64,000 nt of DNA from Elusimicrobiota bacterium (GTDB taxonomy: Bacteria; Elusimicrobiota; Elusimicrobia; UBA1565; UBA9628). Each line of letters opens with the position of its first letter. The stretch's first letter is position 1. Below are positions 29,600-40,986 of this stretch, in pieces. The notes under the pieces are model-generated. The model saw only the letters and a program-made list of their open reading frames with translations, made no database searches and was not told the origin of the DNA. The position numbers and the translations under genes were made by a program. The stretch lies in NCBI GenBank assembly GCA_023213235.1, contig CP096137.1, positions 1,627,047 through 1,691,046 of the forward strand, given 5' to 3'.

Positions 29600-30699
29600 G
29601 GGAGAGCCTCGCCGCGAGCGCCGGATCGAAGAAGTCGGCGACGCGTCTGACGCGCGGCTCGGAGGGGACGGAGGCCTGCGCCGCGCGGCCGCCGTGAGCG
29701 AGCTCGTGGAACACGGAGAGCAGGCGCGGCATGAAGGTCCAGAGGTCCGGCCAGCGGCGGCGGTCGCGCTCGTACTCGCCGAGGCGCGCGTCGAGCGCCT
29801 CGAGCGTCCGGCGTTCGCGTTCGGCGGCGGGCGGCCCGCTCGGGCCGGCGCCGCGCGCCTTCTCGAGCCGGGCGGCGAGCGCGAGGGCGACGAGGTGCTT
29901 GGCGCAGTCGACGCCCGCCTCCGCGCGGCGGCAGGCGGCGATCTCCGCGCCGTAGAAGTCCGCGGGCGCGCGCGTTGCGCGCGTCGAAGTAATGGAACGC
30001 GGGGTCGAGGAATACGTACAGCGGCTCGTGCCAGACGGCGACGGGCGCCATCGCCTCCGCGGGGCCGGCGGGCAGCGTGTAGGCGTCGAAAGCGGAGACG
30101 CCCATCGCCGCCGGCGGGAGAGGATAGGGCAGGATGAAGGCCCGCGTCTGCCGCGCGAGAAGCGGCAGGAGGACGCGCGACCGAGCCGACAAGCCCAGGC
30201 CGAGATAGGCTTCGAGCTCCGCGACCGGATCGGCGCCGAGCCGGCGCCGCGCGGCCTCCTCGGCCTCGCGGTAGCGGGAGGCGTTGGCCGCGAAGAAGGA
30301 CGCGAAATCCGAGACGCGGGCGAAGTCGCGCAGCTCCCACAGGAAGCGCTGCGTCTCCTCGGCGCGCCCGGGACCGTTGATGTAATGGATGTCGGCGTCG
30401 GGGGACAGCAGTGGCAGCTCCGGCGGCGGCCCGTAGTAGAGCAACAGGACGGCCGCGGCCTCCTCGCGCTCCGGGTCGGCCGCGAAGCCCTTGTACAGCT
30501 CGACGGCGGGATGGGAGCGAAGTCGCGAGAAGCGCTTCTCGATCGCGGCGCGGTACGGAGCGACGTCGTCGCCGTCGCGCGCGGCGCCCGCGAGCAGGCG
30601 CACGACGCCGAGCAGCTCCAGGCGGGGATCGACCGAGACGTCGAGCGGCGCGGCGAGGCTCGGCGCGGCCAGGAGCAAAGCCAGCGCGGCGGCGATCAC
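29597..30699 (-). CDS. DUF4932-like secreted protein, copy D (HExxH degenerate); frameshifted near 30020
   Basis: GTG gives a signal peptide (V/M)IAAALALLLAAPSLAAP. Reads LDVSVDPRLELLGVVRLLAG...IEKRFSRLRSHPAVELY, which parallels 10339..11252. The C-terminus is recovered in the +1 frame (FYGAEIAACRRAEAG...ALAARLSR*). Confidence 0.4.
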
Positions 30700-31835
30700 C
30701 GGGGGCTCCCGCCGCGGCGCGCGCCTGCTCCTCCGTGATCGCGCGCGGGTCGGACGACTCGACGGGGGAGGGAGGCCCATCGCCCGCGCCCACGGCAGAA
30801 GCTTCGCCCCGCCGTCCGGCCGCGCGGGGACCGCGTAGCCGGCGGCGCGCATCCACCCGGCGTTGAGGTGGGGATCGGAGCGGCGGCAGCCGCGCCCGGC
30901 CTTCAGCGCGGCCTCGCACAGCTCGCGTATGCGCTCCGCGGCGAGCGGCGACGCCGAGGCGGACTCGATCTCGGAGGTGTTCAGGTACAGGCAGGCGAAA
31001 TCCTTCCACGCGCCGAGAAGGTCCTTCTCCTCGAGCCGGAGCAGCGCGCGGTTGACGCGCGCCCACGGCTTGTTGCCGCTGATCGCGATGACGTCGGCCA
31101 GGTCCTTGAGCGCCCCGTCGCGGTCGCCGAGCAAGCGGCGCAGCTCTCCGCGCCAGACCAGGCCCTCGGGGTCGTGCGGGTCGATCTCGAGCAGGCGGTC
31201 GAGGTCGCGCTTGGACTCCTGGAGCCGGCCGAGGCGGCACAGCGCCCCGCCGCGCCAGCACAGCGCGTCGGGGTTGTCCATCGCGGCGGCCATGTCGAGG
31301 TCCTTGACCGCGGGCTCGTACTCGCCCCACCAGAGCTGCAGCGCGCCGCGCCAGGCGAGGAACGCCGACTTGCCGCTCTCGGGGACGGAGACCGCGCCGC
31401 GCACGGTCTTGAGCGGATCGGCGTGGCCGACGGCCATGAGGTTCTCGGCCCACAGGCAGCGGGCCTCCCACAGCCACGGGCATTTGGCGGCCACGGCCTG
31501 GATCTCGCGCGCGCGAGCTCGTAGAGGTCGAGGCGGCGCAGGAGAATCTCGGCGATGTAGTAGCGCATCCAGTAGAAACGCGGCGACGTCCGGCTTCCCT
31601 CGCCGAGCAGGCGCAGGGCCTCGAGGTCTCGGCCCGCGCCCCATTCGAGCGAGGCGAGGCAGAACTGGCGCCACGGGGCGGGAAGCGCCTCGGCCTCGCC
31701 GCGGCGGAAGTCGGACTTCAGGAACAGGTCGCGCAGCTTGCGGTAGGTCGCCGTCGGCTCGGAGTCGAACGACGCGTCCCAGCGCGCGAAGGCGTCCTTG
31801 TACGTCGACGACCCGAAGTGGTCCTGGACGGGCAT
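30696..31835 (-). CDS. TPR-repeat protein, paralog C (shorter; carries ...NKPWARVNRALLRLEEKDLLGAWKDFACLY... tail); frameshifted
   Basis: ATG at 31835 (MPVQDHFGSSTYKD) in ORF 30981..31907, then the frame of ORF 27478..31674. The terminal TGA overlaps DUF4932-D's GTG. Confidence 0.4.
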
Positions 31836-31839
31836 GGGC

Positions 31840-33580
31840 TCAGCGCTTCTCCGGGATGAAGAACGTCGACGCGGGATCCAAATCCTTCTCTTTGGACCGC
31901 AGGTCACCGACGGTCAGGCGCACGCGCGTCTCCTCGCGGTAGCCGTCGCCGCACTTGAGCGCGTGGACGGGATGCGCCGCTCCGTAGGTCTTCGCGAGCG
32001 CGTCGGCGAAGGCCGCGTAGCGGTTCTCCTCCATGACGCGGTTGACGCCGAGGACGATCGCGCCGCGGCGCGGGTCGAGCGCTCCGGCGTCCTCGACGAC
32101 GGAGCGCGCGTTCTGCACCGTGAAGCCGCGCTCGCACAGCTCGAGGTCGTCCTGCAGCATCGTCAGGATCCCGTCGATCGAGGAGGGGCGGTCACGACGC
32201 GGTACTCGTAGCCCGCTTCCTTGCAGCGCTTGGCCATCATGTTGCCTTCACCGAAGAGCATCGGGTGGCCGTAGGTGACGTAGGCGGTCTGAAGGCCCTT
32301 GTCGAGATCGGCGCGCACGGCCTTCCACGTCGCGCCCTGCGGATCGGCGCCGCGGCCGGAGGCGGTCGGGATCGTCTTGAGGCCCGGGTACACCGCCTCG
32401 AGGAGCTCTCGCACCTCGCGCGTGTCGTTCTGCGTGTACGCGGAGCCGCAGCGGCGCAGGGCCATGATCGTGTTCAGCGTGATCTCGTACGGGCGCTCGA
32501 TGCCGACGCCGAGAAGCCACAGGCGTCCGGCTCCGGCCTTGGGCGCGGCCGTCTTTTTCGTCTTGGGTTCCTTCATGATCTGGTCTCCGGCGGCGGCGGC
32601 CTCGAAGGCCTCGAACAGCTTGGCGCGCTCGGGTCGCCCCGCCGACTCCTTGCGCGCCGCGACGAAGCGCGCGAGCGCCTCCTTCGGGCGTCCCGCGGCG
32701 AGCTCGGCGCGGCCGAGCTGATACTCGAGCTCGGGGCCCTTGAAGCCGGCGGCCGCCGCGGCCTCGAGTTCGGCCCGAGCCTTCGCGGCCTCGCCGAGCG
32801 AGAGAAGGACGAGCGCGCGCTCGAAGCGCAGGGACGCGGCGCCGTTGGCCAGCGGCAGCGCGCGGTCGAGGTCGGCCAGCGCGCCCGCCCAGTCGCCGAG
32901 GCGCGTGCGCAGATAGGCTCGGTCGGTCAGCGGCTTCGGCGAGCGCGGCGCGAGCGCGGCCGCGCGCTCGAAGTCCTTTTCGGCGGCGGCGAAGTCGCTG
33001 CGGCCGGCCAGCACGACGCCGCGCAGGCAGAGCAGCTCCCAGTCGGAGGGGAGCACGGAGATCGCCTTGCCGAGAGCGGAGTCGATCTCGGCGTCGGGAC
33101 GGGAGGAGGGCCCGCCGCCGCCGTGCGAGACGCGGTCGACGGCCTCCTTGAGCCGCGGCAGCCAGGCCGCCGCGGTGGCCGCGTCCATCTCGCGCTCCAG
33201 CGCCCGGAGGCGCTCGGCCTCGGTCAACCGAGCCCCTTGAGGCGCTTCTCGACGGCGGCGCGCTGGTCCCACTCGGGCGGCGCCAGCTGCAGCGCGCGGG
33301 CGAGGTCCTCCTTGGCCTCCTTCGTCTTCTTGGCCTTCTCGTGCAGGCTCGCGCGCGAGGAGAGCGCGGCCGCCGCGGCCGCGCGCGTCTGCGGGGAGGG
33401 GATTTCGAGCGAACGCGCGATCGCCTTCTCGTAGGCGGCCAAGGCCTTGGCGTCCTTGCCCGTCGCCGACCACGCGGCCGCGGCGTTGATCAGGGACTCG
33501 ACGTCGTCCGGCGCTTCGGCGAGCGCGGCCTCGAACTTCTTGAGGGAGCCGGCCTTGTCGCCCTTGAGAAAGGCCTTCAT
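31840..33580 (-). CDS. TPR + TP_methylase-fold protein, paralog 5; about three frameshifts
   Basis: ORF 33224..33580 (MKAFLKGD..., TPR-like) joins ORF 32163..33725 (...GRLWLLGVGIERPYEITLNTIMALRRCGSAYTQN...YVTYGHPMLFGEG), which joins ORF 31840..32160 (the C-terminal subdomain). Confidence 0.5.
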
Positions 33581-33639
33581 GCCCTCCTCGTTGAGCTTCT
33601 TGAGGGAGGCCGGCCGCTCGTAGGCGTTCTCGCGCCCGG

Positions 33640-35005
33640 GCGGCGCCTTTCGACGGGCCCGGAGGGCCCGGGCGACGGCGAGGACGCGGCCGGCGCGGCG
33701 AGCACCTTCCGGGCGCCCTCGTCATTCGGGCGCAGCGCGAGCACGGCCTTGGCGTCGGCGACGGCCTCGTCGCGGCGGCCGAGGAGGTGGCGCAGGCACG
33801 CGCGCTTGAGTAGGAGGCCCGGGTTCTTCGAGCGCTCGAGCATCAGGTCGAGGTACCACAGCGCGCGCTTGCGCTGGGCGTCGGTGTAGAAAGGCATCGC
33901 GTTCTCGACGATCCAGTCCCGGTACGGGTCGCCCTCGCGGTCGAGCGGCCGGGACGGGCCCTTCGGCGCGGGCAGCACGTCGAGCAGGCGCGGGTAGAAG
34001 TCGGCGAAGGTCGGGTACTTTTTGCGGTCCTTCTCGTACTCGGCGACGCGTTCCTTGAACGCGGCCAGGTGCGGAAGCCCGCACTCCGTCTCGTGGCGCA
34101 GCTCCTCGTCGGAGTAGGCCTGGCTGACCTCGTGCCAGACCATGCGCAGCATCGCGGTGCGCACCATGTGCTCGCGCACGTGGTGCATCCAGTTCTGGTA
34201 CTCGCGCGAGGGCTCGCGCGCCGCGGGCTGCTTGCGCGCGATGTCCTCGCCATAGAGCTCGGTCACGTTGTCGAGCACGCCGTGCGCGGCCTCGTGCCAG
34301 ATGCGCGGGTGCAGGCGCTTGTAGGTGCACTTGATCGGCCCGCCCGGCGGGGAGCTCGATGGGCCCGAGCACCGAGATGATGTCGGCCAGGCCGTCCTCG
34401 CCGCGCTGAACGATGTTGGCGCCCGTGTCGGACTGGACGAACGGGGTGAGCACGAACGCGTAGCGGCCCTCGAACGGCAGGCCGCAGTACTTCTCGATCT
34501 TGCCGATGTGGTCGTTTTCCTCGAGCTCCTCGCGCAGGGCGGCGAGGTCGGCGTCGAGCAGCTTGACGTTCTTGTCGAAGAACTCCTGGAACCGCGCGTC
34601 GCGCGCGAAGTCGCGCATGTCCTGGAGGAAGGCCGCGAGGTGCTCCTCGCCGCCGACGTAGTGCGCGAGGAAGGAGATCGAGATCTGCGTGGAGGGGGCG
34701 AGTTCCGGCAGCGGCGAGAGGCGCATGAGCCCCTGGCCGCGCTGGCCGAGGTCGAAGGCGCGGAAGCGGGCCTCGGCGCGGCGCTTGATCGCCGGGTGCT
34801 TGGCGTGCGGCGCGAAGTACTTCCGCGCCTCGCGCACGTAGGGGATGTCCGGGCACATGAAGTCGGTCGCGTGCGCCTTTCCCTCGGACCCCTTCGTCAG
34901 GTCGTAGGCGAGGAGCTCCATGACGCCGTCGAGCTCGAGCCGGGGGTCGACGAAGAACTCGAGCTTGCTCGCGGCTTTGGGTTTGGGCTTGGTCGCGGGC
35001 GCCAC
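33640..35005 (-). CDS. DUF4932-like protein with intact HExxH (IWHEAAHGV), copy 2; frameshifted near 34330; possibly fused to paralog 5
   Basis: ORF 33722..35005 (FFVDPRLELDGVMELLAYDL...) continues in ORF 33577..34278 (PIKCTYKRLHPRIWHEAAHGVLDNV...). No stop separates it from the MKAFLKGD start at 33580. Confidence 0.45.
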
Positions 35006-35009
35006 GGAG

Positions 35010-35574
35010 TTACTGCCCCGCTTCGGCGTCCTTCGGGGCGGCGGCCTTCTTCGCGCCCGCGCGAGGGTTCTCCCTCTCGACGGCGGCGATCAGCCTCTTG
35101 TTGAGCTCGACGACGGACGCGCGCTGGGTCTTCATGTTCGGGCTCGGCGGCTCCAGGGTCCGGAAGAGCTGCATGATCCCGTCGAGCTGGCCGCCGACCG
35201 CGGCGCTGCGGTCGACGCAGCGCTGCTTGGCCTTGGTCAGGCGCGCGGTCTTGCCCGCGAGCAGCGGGGTGAAGGCCTCGGGCACCTTGCCCTTGAACTC
35301 CGTCGAGAGCTGCTGCTTCTTGGCGGCCAGCGACGAGCGCAGCCCGCCGATCGCGCCGAAGCAGGCCTCGACCTCGGCGACGGCGACGGCGCCGTCGGCG
35401 AGTTCCTTGTCGATGCGCTTGGAATTCTCGGCGGCGAGGCCCTTCGGCGAGACCGGCTTGGCCGAGGTGGGGGAAGTCGGCGTGGGCGTCGGAGTCGGAG
35501 GAATGGGGGAGTCTGGGCGCGCAAAACGGGGGACGCGGCCGTCAAAACGAGCAGGATTGCGAGCTTGAGCATGG
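35010..35574 (-). CDS. Secreted protein with Pro/Thr-rich linker, unknown function; frameshift in CCCCC run near 35490
   Basis: Signal peptide MLKLAILLVLTAASPVLRAQTPP (ORF 35237..35941), then after a +1 slip PIPPTPTPTPTSPTSAKP...GKVPEAFTPLLAGK (ORF 35010..35285). Confidence 0.45.
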
Positions 35575-35628
35575 TCTTTCGCTCCTCCTTATATGATTCC
35601 GCAGTATAACAGATAAGCCCGGCGCGGG

Positions 35629-38600
35629 CTAGGCCCCGCGGTTTTCGAACAAAGCGGGGGCCAGTTCGCGCGCCCGGGCCAGGGCGGCCGCGGCCTCTCG
35701 CGCGCGCCCGGCCTTCTCGAGGCACACGCCGCGCCCGATCAGAGCCCAGACCTCGTTGGGCTCGACGGCCAGCGCGGCGTCGTAGGCCGCGAGCGCCCCG
35801 GCCTCGTCGCCGCTCTCGGCGCGGGCGCGACCGGTCCATGTCCAGGCCTGCGCCCAGCGCGGATGGCCGGCGAGCGCGCGCTCGAGATCGGCCAGGCCGC
35901 CTTTCGCGTCGCCGCGCGCGGCCTTCAATTCGCCGCGCCACCCCAGGATCCAGAAGCAGGACGGCGACAGCGACGCCGCGCGCTCGAGGTCGGCCGCCGC
36001 GGCGTCGAGCTCGCCGCGGCCGCGACGCACGCCCCGCGCAGACCCCAGACCCAGTCGAGCGCCGCGTCCGCCCGGATCGCGGGCCCTTCGGCGCCGAGGA
36101 AGTCGTAGTCGCAGGACAGCCGCGGGTCGAGGCGCAGCGAGCGCTGCAGTTCGGCCAGACCCTGCTCGCGCCGGCCGAGGTCGCAGAGGATCTGCCCGCG
36201 CAACGCGATGAACCAGGCGTTTTGCGGCTGCAGGGCGCTCGCGCGCTCGACGTCGGCGAGCGACTCCTCGAGCCGCCCGGCCTTGCGCAGGAACTCGGCG
36301 CGCCAGCCGCGCGCGTAGGCGTCGACGCCGCCGCGCTCGGCTTCGAGCGTGTCGGCGATCGCGCCCTCGACGTCGCCGCCCTGCCGCCGCGCCTTCGCGC
36401 GAACCACGAGAGCCCACGTCCAGGCGCGGTCGCGCTCGACGGCGTTCGTCGCGGCGGCGACGGCCTCGTCGTAGCGGCCGAGGCTGCGCAGACACTCGGA
36501 GCGCTGGACCCACGCCGAGGCCGAGGCCGGCGCGAGCGCGATCGCCGCGTCGGCGTCGGCCAGGCCGCCCGCGAAGTCCCCGAGATGGCGCTTGATCTCG
36601 ACGCGCCGCGCGATCGCGGCGGCGTCGCCGGGCTTGAGCGCCGCGGCCGCGTCGAGGTCGGCGAGGGAGAGGTCGTAGCGGGCCAGGCAGCGCCAGGCTT
36701 CCGCGCGGGCCTCGAGGAGGTCCGGATCGCGGCGGCGGCGCGCGAGCAGCCGGCCGAGCAGCTCCGCGGCCTCCTCGTGGCGGCCCTCCTTCTGCAGGGC
36801 GCGCGCGGCCGCGATCCCTTCGGTCGCCGGATCGCGGGAGTCCTTGCGGCGAAGCAGGGCGCGCAGGGCGCGCCGCTCCGCGGGCGACAGGAGCCCGGGA
36901 TCGGCGAGGGCTCGCTCCGCGTCGGCGCGCGCTTCGCCGGGGCGGCCCTGCGCCGCGAGCAGCGAGGCGCGGTGGAAGGACGCCAGGCCGTCGCCGGGCT
37001 TGAGCTCGAGGGCCCGCGCGAGGTCGGCGTGCGCGCCCTCGCGGTCGCCCCGGCGCGCGCGCGCGACGCCGCGCCACAGGTGGGCGTCGGCGAACTTGAC
37101 GTGGACCTCGATGGCCCGGGTCAGCGAGGCCTCGGCGGCGGCCCAGCGCTTGAGCCGGATCTCGGCCTCGCCCTTCCAGCACAGCAGCCAGGCGGAGTTC
37201 TTCGCGCGCTCGAGCGCGGCGTCGAAGTCGGCGAGGGCCCCCGCGGCGGAGCCGGCGAGGAGCTTCACGCGCCCGCGCCAGGCCCAGCCGTCGGGGGAGC
37301 CGGGCGCCTTCTTGATCGCGGCGCTCAGGTCGGCGAGGGCGGACTTGCCGCGCCCGAGCTCGGAGCGCGCGCGCCCGCGCAGCACGAGCGCCTCGTGGGG
37401 GCAGTCCGGGAGCGCGAGCGCGCGCGTGAGCTCCTTCTCCGCCGCCTTGAAGTCGCGCAGGCGCATGAGCACGTCGCCGCGCCACAGCCGCGCCAACGCG
37501 GAGCGCGGGTCGCGCTTGAGCTCCGCGTCGAGCTCGGCCAAGCCCGCGCCGAAGCGCGCGGGTTCGGCCTCCCAGACGTACTTCGCGTTCAGGCGCGAGG
37601 CGGCCTGGATGTCGGCGAGCGCCGCGGCGGTCTCGCCCATCGCGCGGTGGGTCTGCATGCGCTCGAAGAGGCACAGGTCGAGCGTGTGGGGCTTGAGCGC
37701 GATCGCGACGTCGAGATCGGCGAGCGCGGCCTTCGACTTGCCTTGGAGGCGCCGCGCGCTGCCGCGCCAGGCGTAGGCGAGCTCGTAGTCGGGGAACAGC
37801 GCGATCGCGCGGTCGAGCGTCTTCTCCGCGGTCTTGGCGTCGCCGCCGCGGCGCTGGAACTCGCCCTGCCAGGCGCGGATCCAGCCCGTCTCCGGCTCGA
37901 GCTCGACGGCTTTCTGAAGGGATCTGCCGGCCTCTTTAAAGTCGCCGCTCGTGACCTGGCACCGCGACAGGTACGCCCAGACGAAGCCGCGGTCCGGGGC
38001 GAGCTCCGCGGCGCGGCGCAGGTCCTGGACGGCGCCGAGGTTCTCGCCGATCTGCGGCGTGCGCCGGTTGTCGGCGCGGAACACGTACGCCCACCAGTCT
38101 TCGGGATTGCTCTCGATGCGGCGGGTCGCCGCGTCGACGCTGCGCCGCGGGTCGGTCTTGAGCTCGTGGATGCCGAGCATCACGAACAGAAGACCGGAGT
38201 TCTCGTCGAGCCTCATCGCGCGTTCGCAGTCCGCGAGGCAGCCGGCGGCGTCGCCCGCGTCATGCTTGGCGATGCCGCGCAGGCGCCAGCCCCACTCGAG
38301 CGAGGGGTCGAGCGCCAGCGCGGCGTCGAGCGCGGCGACGGCCTCCTCGTGGCGCTTGAGCAGGCTCAGGAAGATCCCGCGCGCCGCGTGAGGCAGGGCG
38401 TCCGCGGGCATCAGCCCGGCGGCGGCGGAGGCCTCCTCGAGCGCGGCCTCGCGGCTTCCGGCGCCGGCGCGCGCGAGCGCCCGCCAGAGCCTCCACCAGC
38501 CGTTCTTCGGCTCGAGGGCGATCGCCCGGTCGAGGTCGGCGGCGTCCGCGCGCCCGGCGGCGTCGTCGGCCTCCCAGCGCCAGGCGAACGCGGCGGCCGA

Positions 38601-38828
38601 GCCTTCCTTGCGCGCGGCCGCGTCGAGCTCCGCCCGGGCCGACGGATCGCCGAGCAGTCGCAGAAGCCGCCCGCGTTCCGCGCGGACTTTCGTCTTCGCG
38701 AGCGCCGCGCGCAGCGCGGCGGCGTGGAGCACGGCGTGGCGGCCCGGAACGTAAGAGGAAGAGCGGCCCAGGAAGAAGTGCCGCCCGAGGGCCTCGACCA
38801 GCGCGTTGCTCCGCGGATTCAGGCTCAT
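35629..38828 (-). CDS. Giant TPR-repeat protein (about 1066 aa), cytoplasmic; frameshifted near 36030
   Basis: ORF 35925..38828 (967 aa, about 25 TPR-like units with recurring W-x-W-R-G/WAY motifs) plus its C-terminal continuation in ORF 35629..37674. Confidence 0.6.
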
Positions 38829-38844
38829 CCCCGAAATCGAACCA

Positions 38845-38894
38845 TTTTTAGCGAGGCTTGACGCTCTCCGCGTTTTGACTTATCCTTTCGGGAC
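38845..38894 (+). promoter_or_regulatory. Putative promoter TTGACG-N17-TATCCT for the 38895 gene
   Basis: Reads cTTGACGctctccgcgttttgactTATCCTttcgggacATG. The -10 match is weak and the call is low confidence. Confidence 0.2.
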
Positions 38895-40986
38895 ATGAGC
38901 AATTCCGCCGCCGCCCGCGTCCTGCTCGCGGCGACGCTGGCCCTTTTCGCGACGTCCGCGCGGGCCGATTCCAGGGCTCAGAAATACTACTACGAGGACA
39001 TCGCGTCGCCGTTCTTCGCGCCCGATCCCGCCCGTCCCGGCTGGATGAAGGCCCAGCGGCCGGGGTCGAAGGACGGCTCCTTCCGCAAGGAGAAGCCCCC
39101 GGGCGTCTTCCGCGTGTTCGTGCTCGGCGGCTCGATCGCCGGCCTGCTGCAGTACGAGGGGGCCCCGGCGACCTCGGGCCGGTCCTGCGCAAGGCGCTGC
39201 CGGGGCGCCAGGTCGAGGTGCTCAACTGCGGCATGGCCGGCTACGAGAGCTACCGGGAGGCGCTCGTCGAGCAGGAGGTCCTCGAGTACGAGCCGGACCT
39301 GCTGGTCTTCCTGACCGGCCACAACGAGGGCATCGCCTCCGCGCCGATTCCGCTGTGGGTGATGCGCGCGCAGGAGCGCCTGAGCCGGTTCGAGGCGTAC
39401 CGCGCCTGGGTCCGGAAGGTGCGGCCGTCGGGCGACGGCGTCTCCGGCGGAGGCGCGAAGGCCGACGCGCGCGACGCCGCGTTCCGGCGGAACCTCGCGG
39501 AGAACCTCCGGCACGCGCGCGCGCGCGGCGTGCCCGCGGCGGTCGTGATCCCGCCGCGCAACTACCGGGCGCCCGCGGAGGCGGCCCGGACGCCGTACGA
39601 CGCCGGGCTCGTCGCGGGCTGGATCCGCTATCTGCGCGGCGATTGGAAGGGAGCGCGCGATGCCTGGGCGGCGGCCCTGGACTCGCCGGCCGCGGCCCTG
39701 CCCGAGAACGCGGACCTCCACGCCTTCGCGTGGGTCTTCATCGGAAGGGCGGAAGAGAGGCTCGGCCGCTGGTCGCGGGCGCTCGAGGCCTACGACCGGA
39801 GCTCCGAGCACGATCGCTCCTCGATCTGCGCCTCGGCCTGCCAGAAGATCCTGCGCGAGACCTCCGCCGCCGAGGGCGCCTTCCTCGTCGAGGCCGACGC
39901 GCTCTTCCGCGGGCTGACCGCGCCGCGGGCGCCCGGCCTCGAGACCTTCAACGACCGCATGCATTGGAAGCCGCGATTCAACTGCCTGGTCTCCTCCGAG
40001 ATCGCGGCGGCGGCCGCCGTGAGCCTGCCGGCGCTGCCGTGGGACGCCGCGGCGCTGCGGGGCGTGCGCGCCTCCTGCGAACTCCCCAAGGAGGGCGCCG
40101 CGGGCGACGAGGCCGACGACAGGCGCGTCCTCGGCTACGTGCGCATGGGGCTGTCGTGGCCGGATTTCGAGTACCTGTCCATGGTGTCGGTGTTCTACCT
40201 CGCGTTCGCGCGGCACGCGCGACCGTCGTGGTTCGCGGACCTCGACGAGCTGGCCGCGCGCACGGCGAATCCCCAGACCCAGGTCTACGGCATCGAGATG
40301 GCCGACGCCGCCGTCTTCGGGCCCCGGCTGCGCTGGCACGTCGGCGAGTCGCGCCTGCTCGACGGGGACTGGAAGCGCGCGCGCGCCGACATCGCGCGGG
40401 CCGTCGCCGCCGATCCCGCGCTCGCGTGGGCGCGCGTGAGCCTGGGCGTGGCCGCGGCGCTCGCGGGAGACCGCAAGGCCGGGGCTCGACTTCTCTCCGA
40501 GGCCGTCGAGCGCGCCTCCGGGCACCCGCACCGCCGCCGGATCGCCGCTTCCGCGGCGGCCGCGGCCGTCGAGCTCGGCCTCGACGCCTCCGCCGCGGCG
40601 GACGCCGATCCCGAGCGCTGGGTCGCGGCCGCCGAGGCCGCCGTCGACGCGGGGCGTCCCGCGCAGGCGCGCGACGCGCTCAAGCGGGCCGCCGCGGCCA
40701 AGCCCGAGGATCAGCATCTGCGCCGCATGGGCCAGTGCTGGACGCGCCTGCGCGACGACGAAGGCTTTCTGTCGGTCTCCGGCGCGCTCGTCGCCAGCTA
40801 TCCGAAGGACGCGGACGTGCGCATCTCCTTGGCGTCGAGCCTGCTGGTTCTCGGACGCCGGGCGGAGGGGAGGCCGCTCTCGCCGAGGCGGAGACGCTCT
40901 CCCCGTCGCAGTCGCAGCGCCTTCAAATCGCGAACTGGCGGCGCTGGCTGGCCGACGGCGCTCCGCCGGCGAGGATACCGCGATGA
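38895..40986 (+). CDS. Secreted SGNH/GDSL-like hydrolase fused to a TPR-like C-terminal region; two frameshifts
   Basis: Signal peptide MSNSAAARVLLAATLALFATSARA. Shows FRVFVLGGSIAG (block I Ser), NCGMAGYES and LVFLTGHNEG. Frame breaks occur near 39200 and 40860. Confidence 0.45.

Noticed and set aside
31840-35005. A single giant DUF4932/TPR/TP_methylase tri-domain protein
   Set aside because: No stop separates the parts in the reconstructed frames. However, the homologous pair at 10339..12553 is clearly two genes (stop then GTG). MKAFLKGD at 33580 is a plausible independent start, so I have annotated two genes and noted the fusion possibility.
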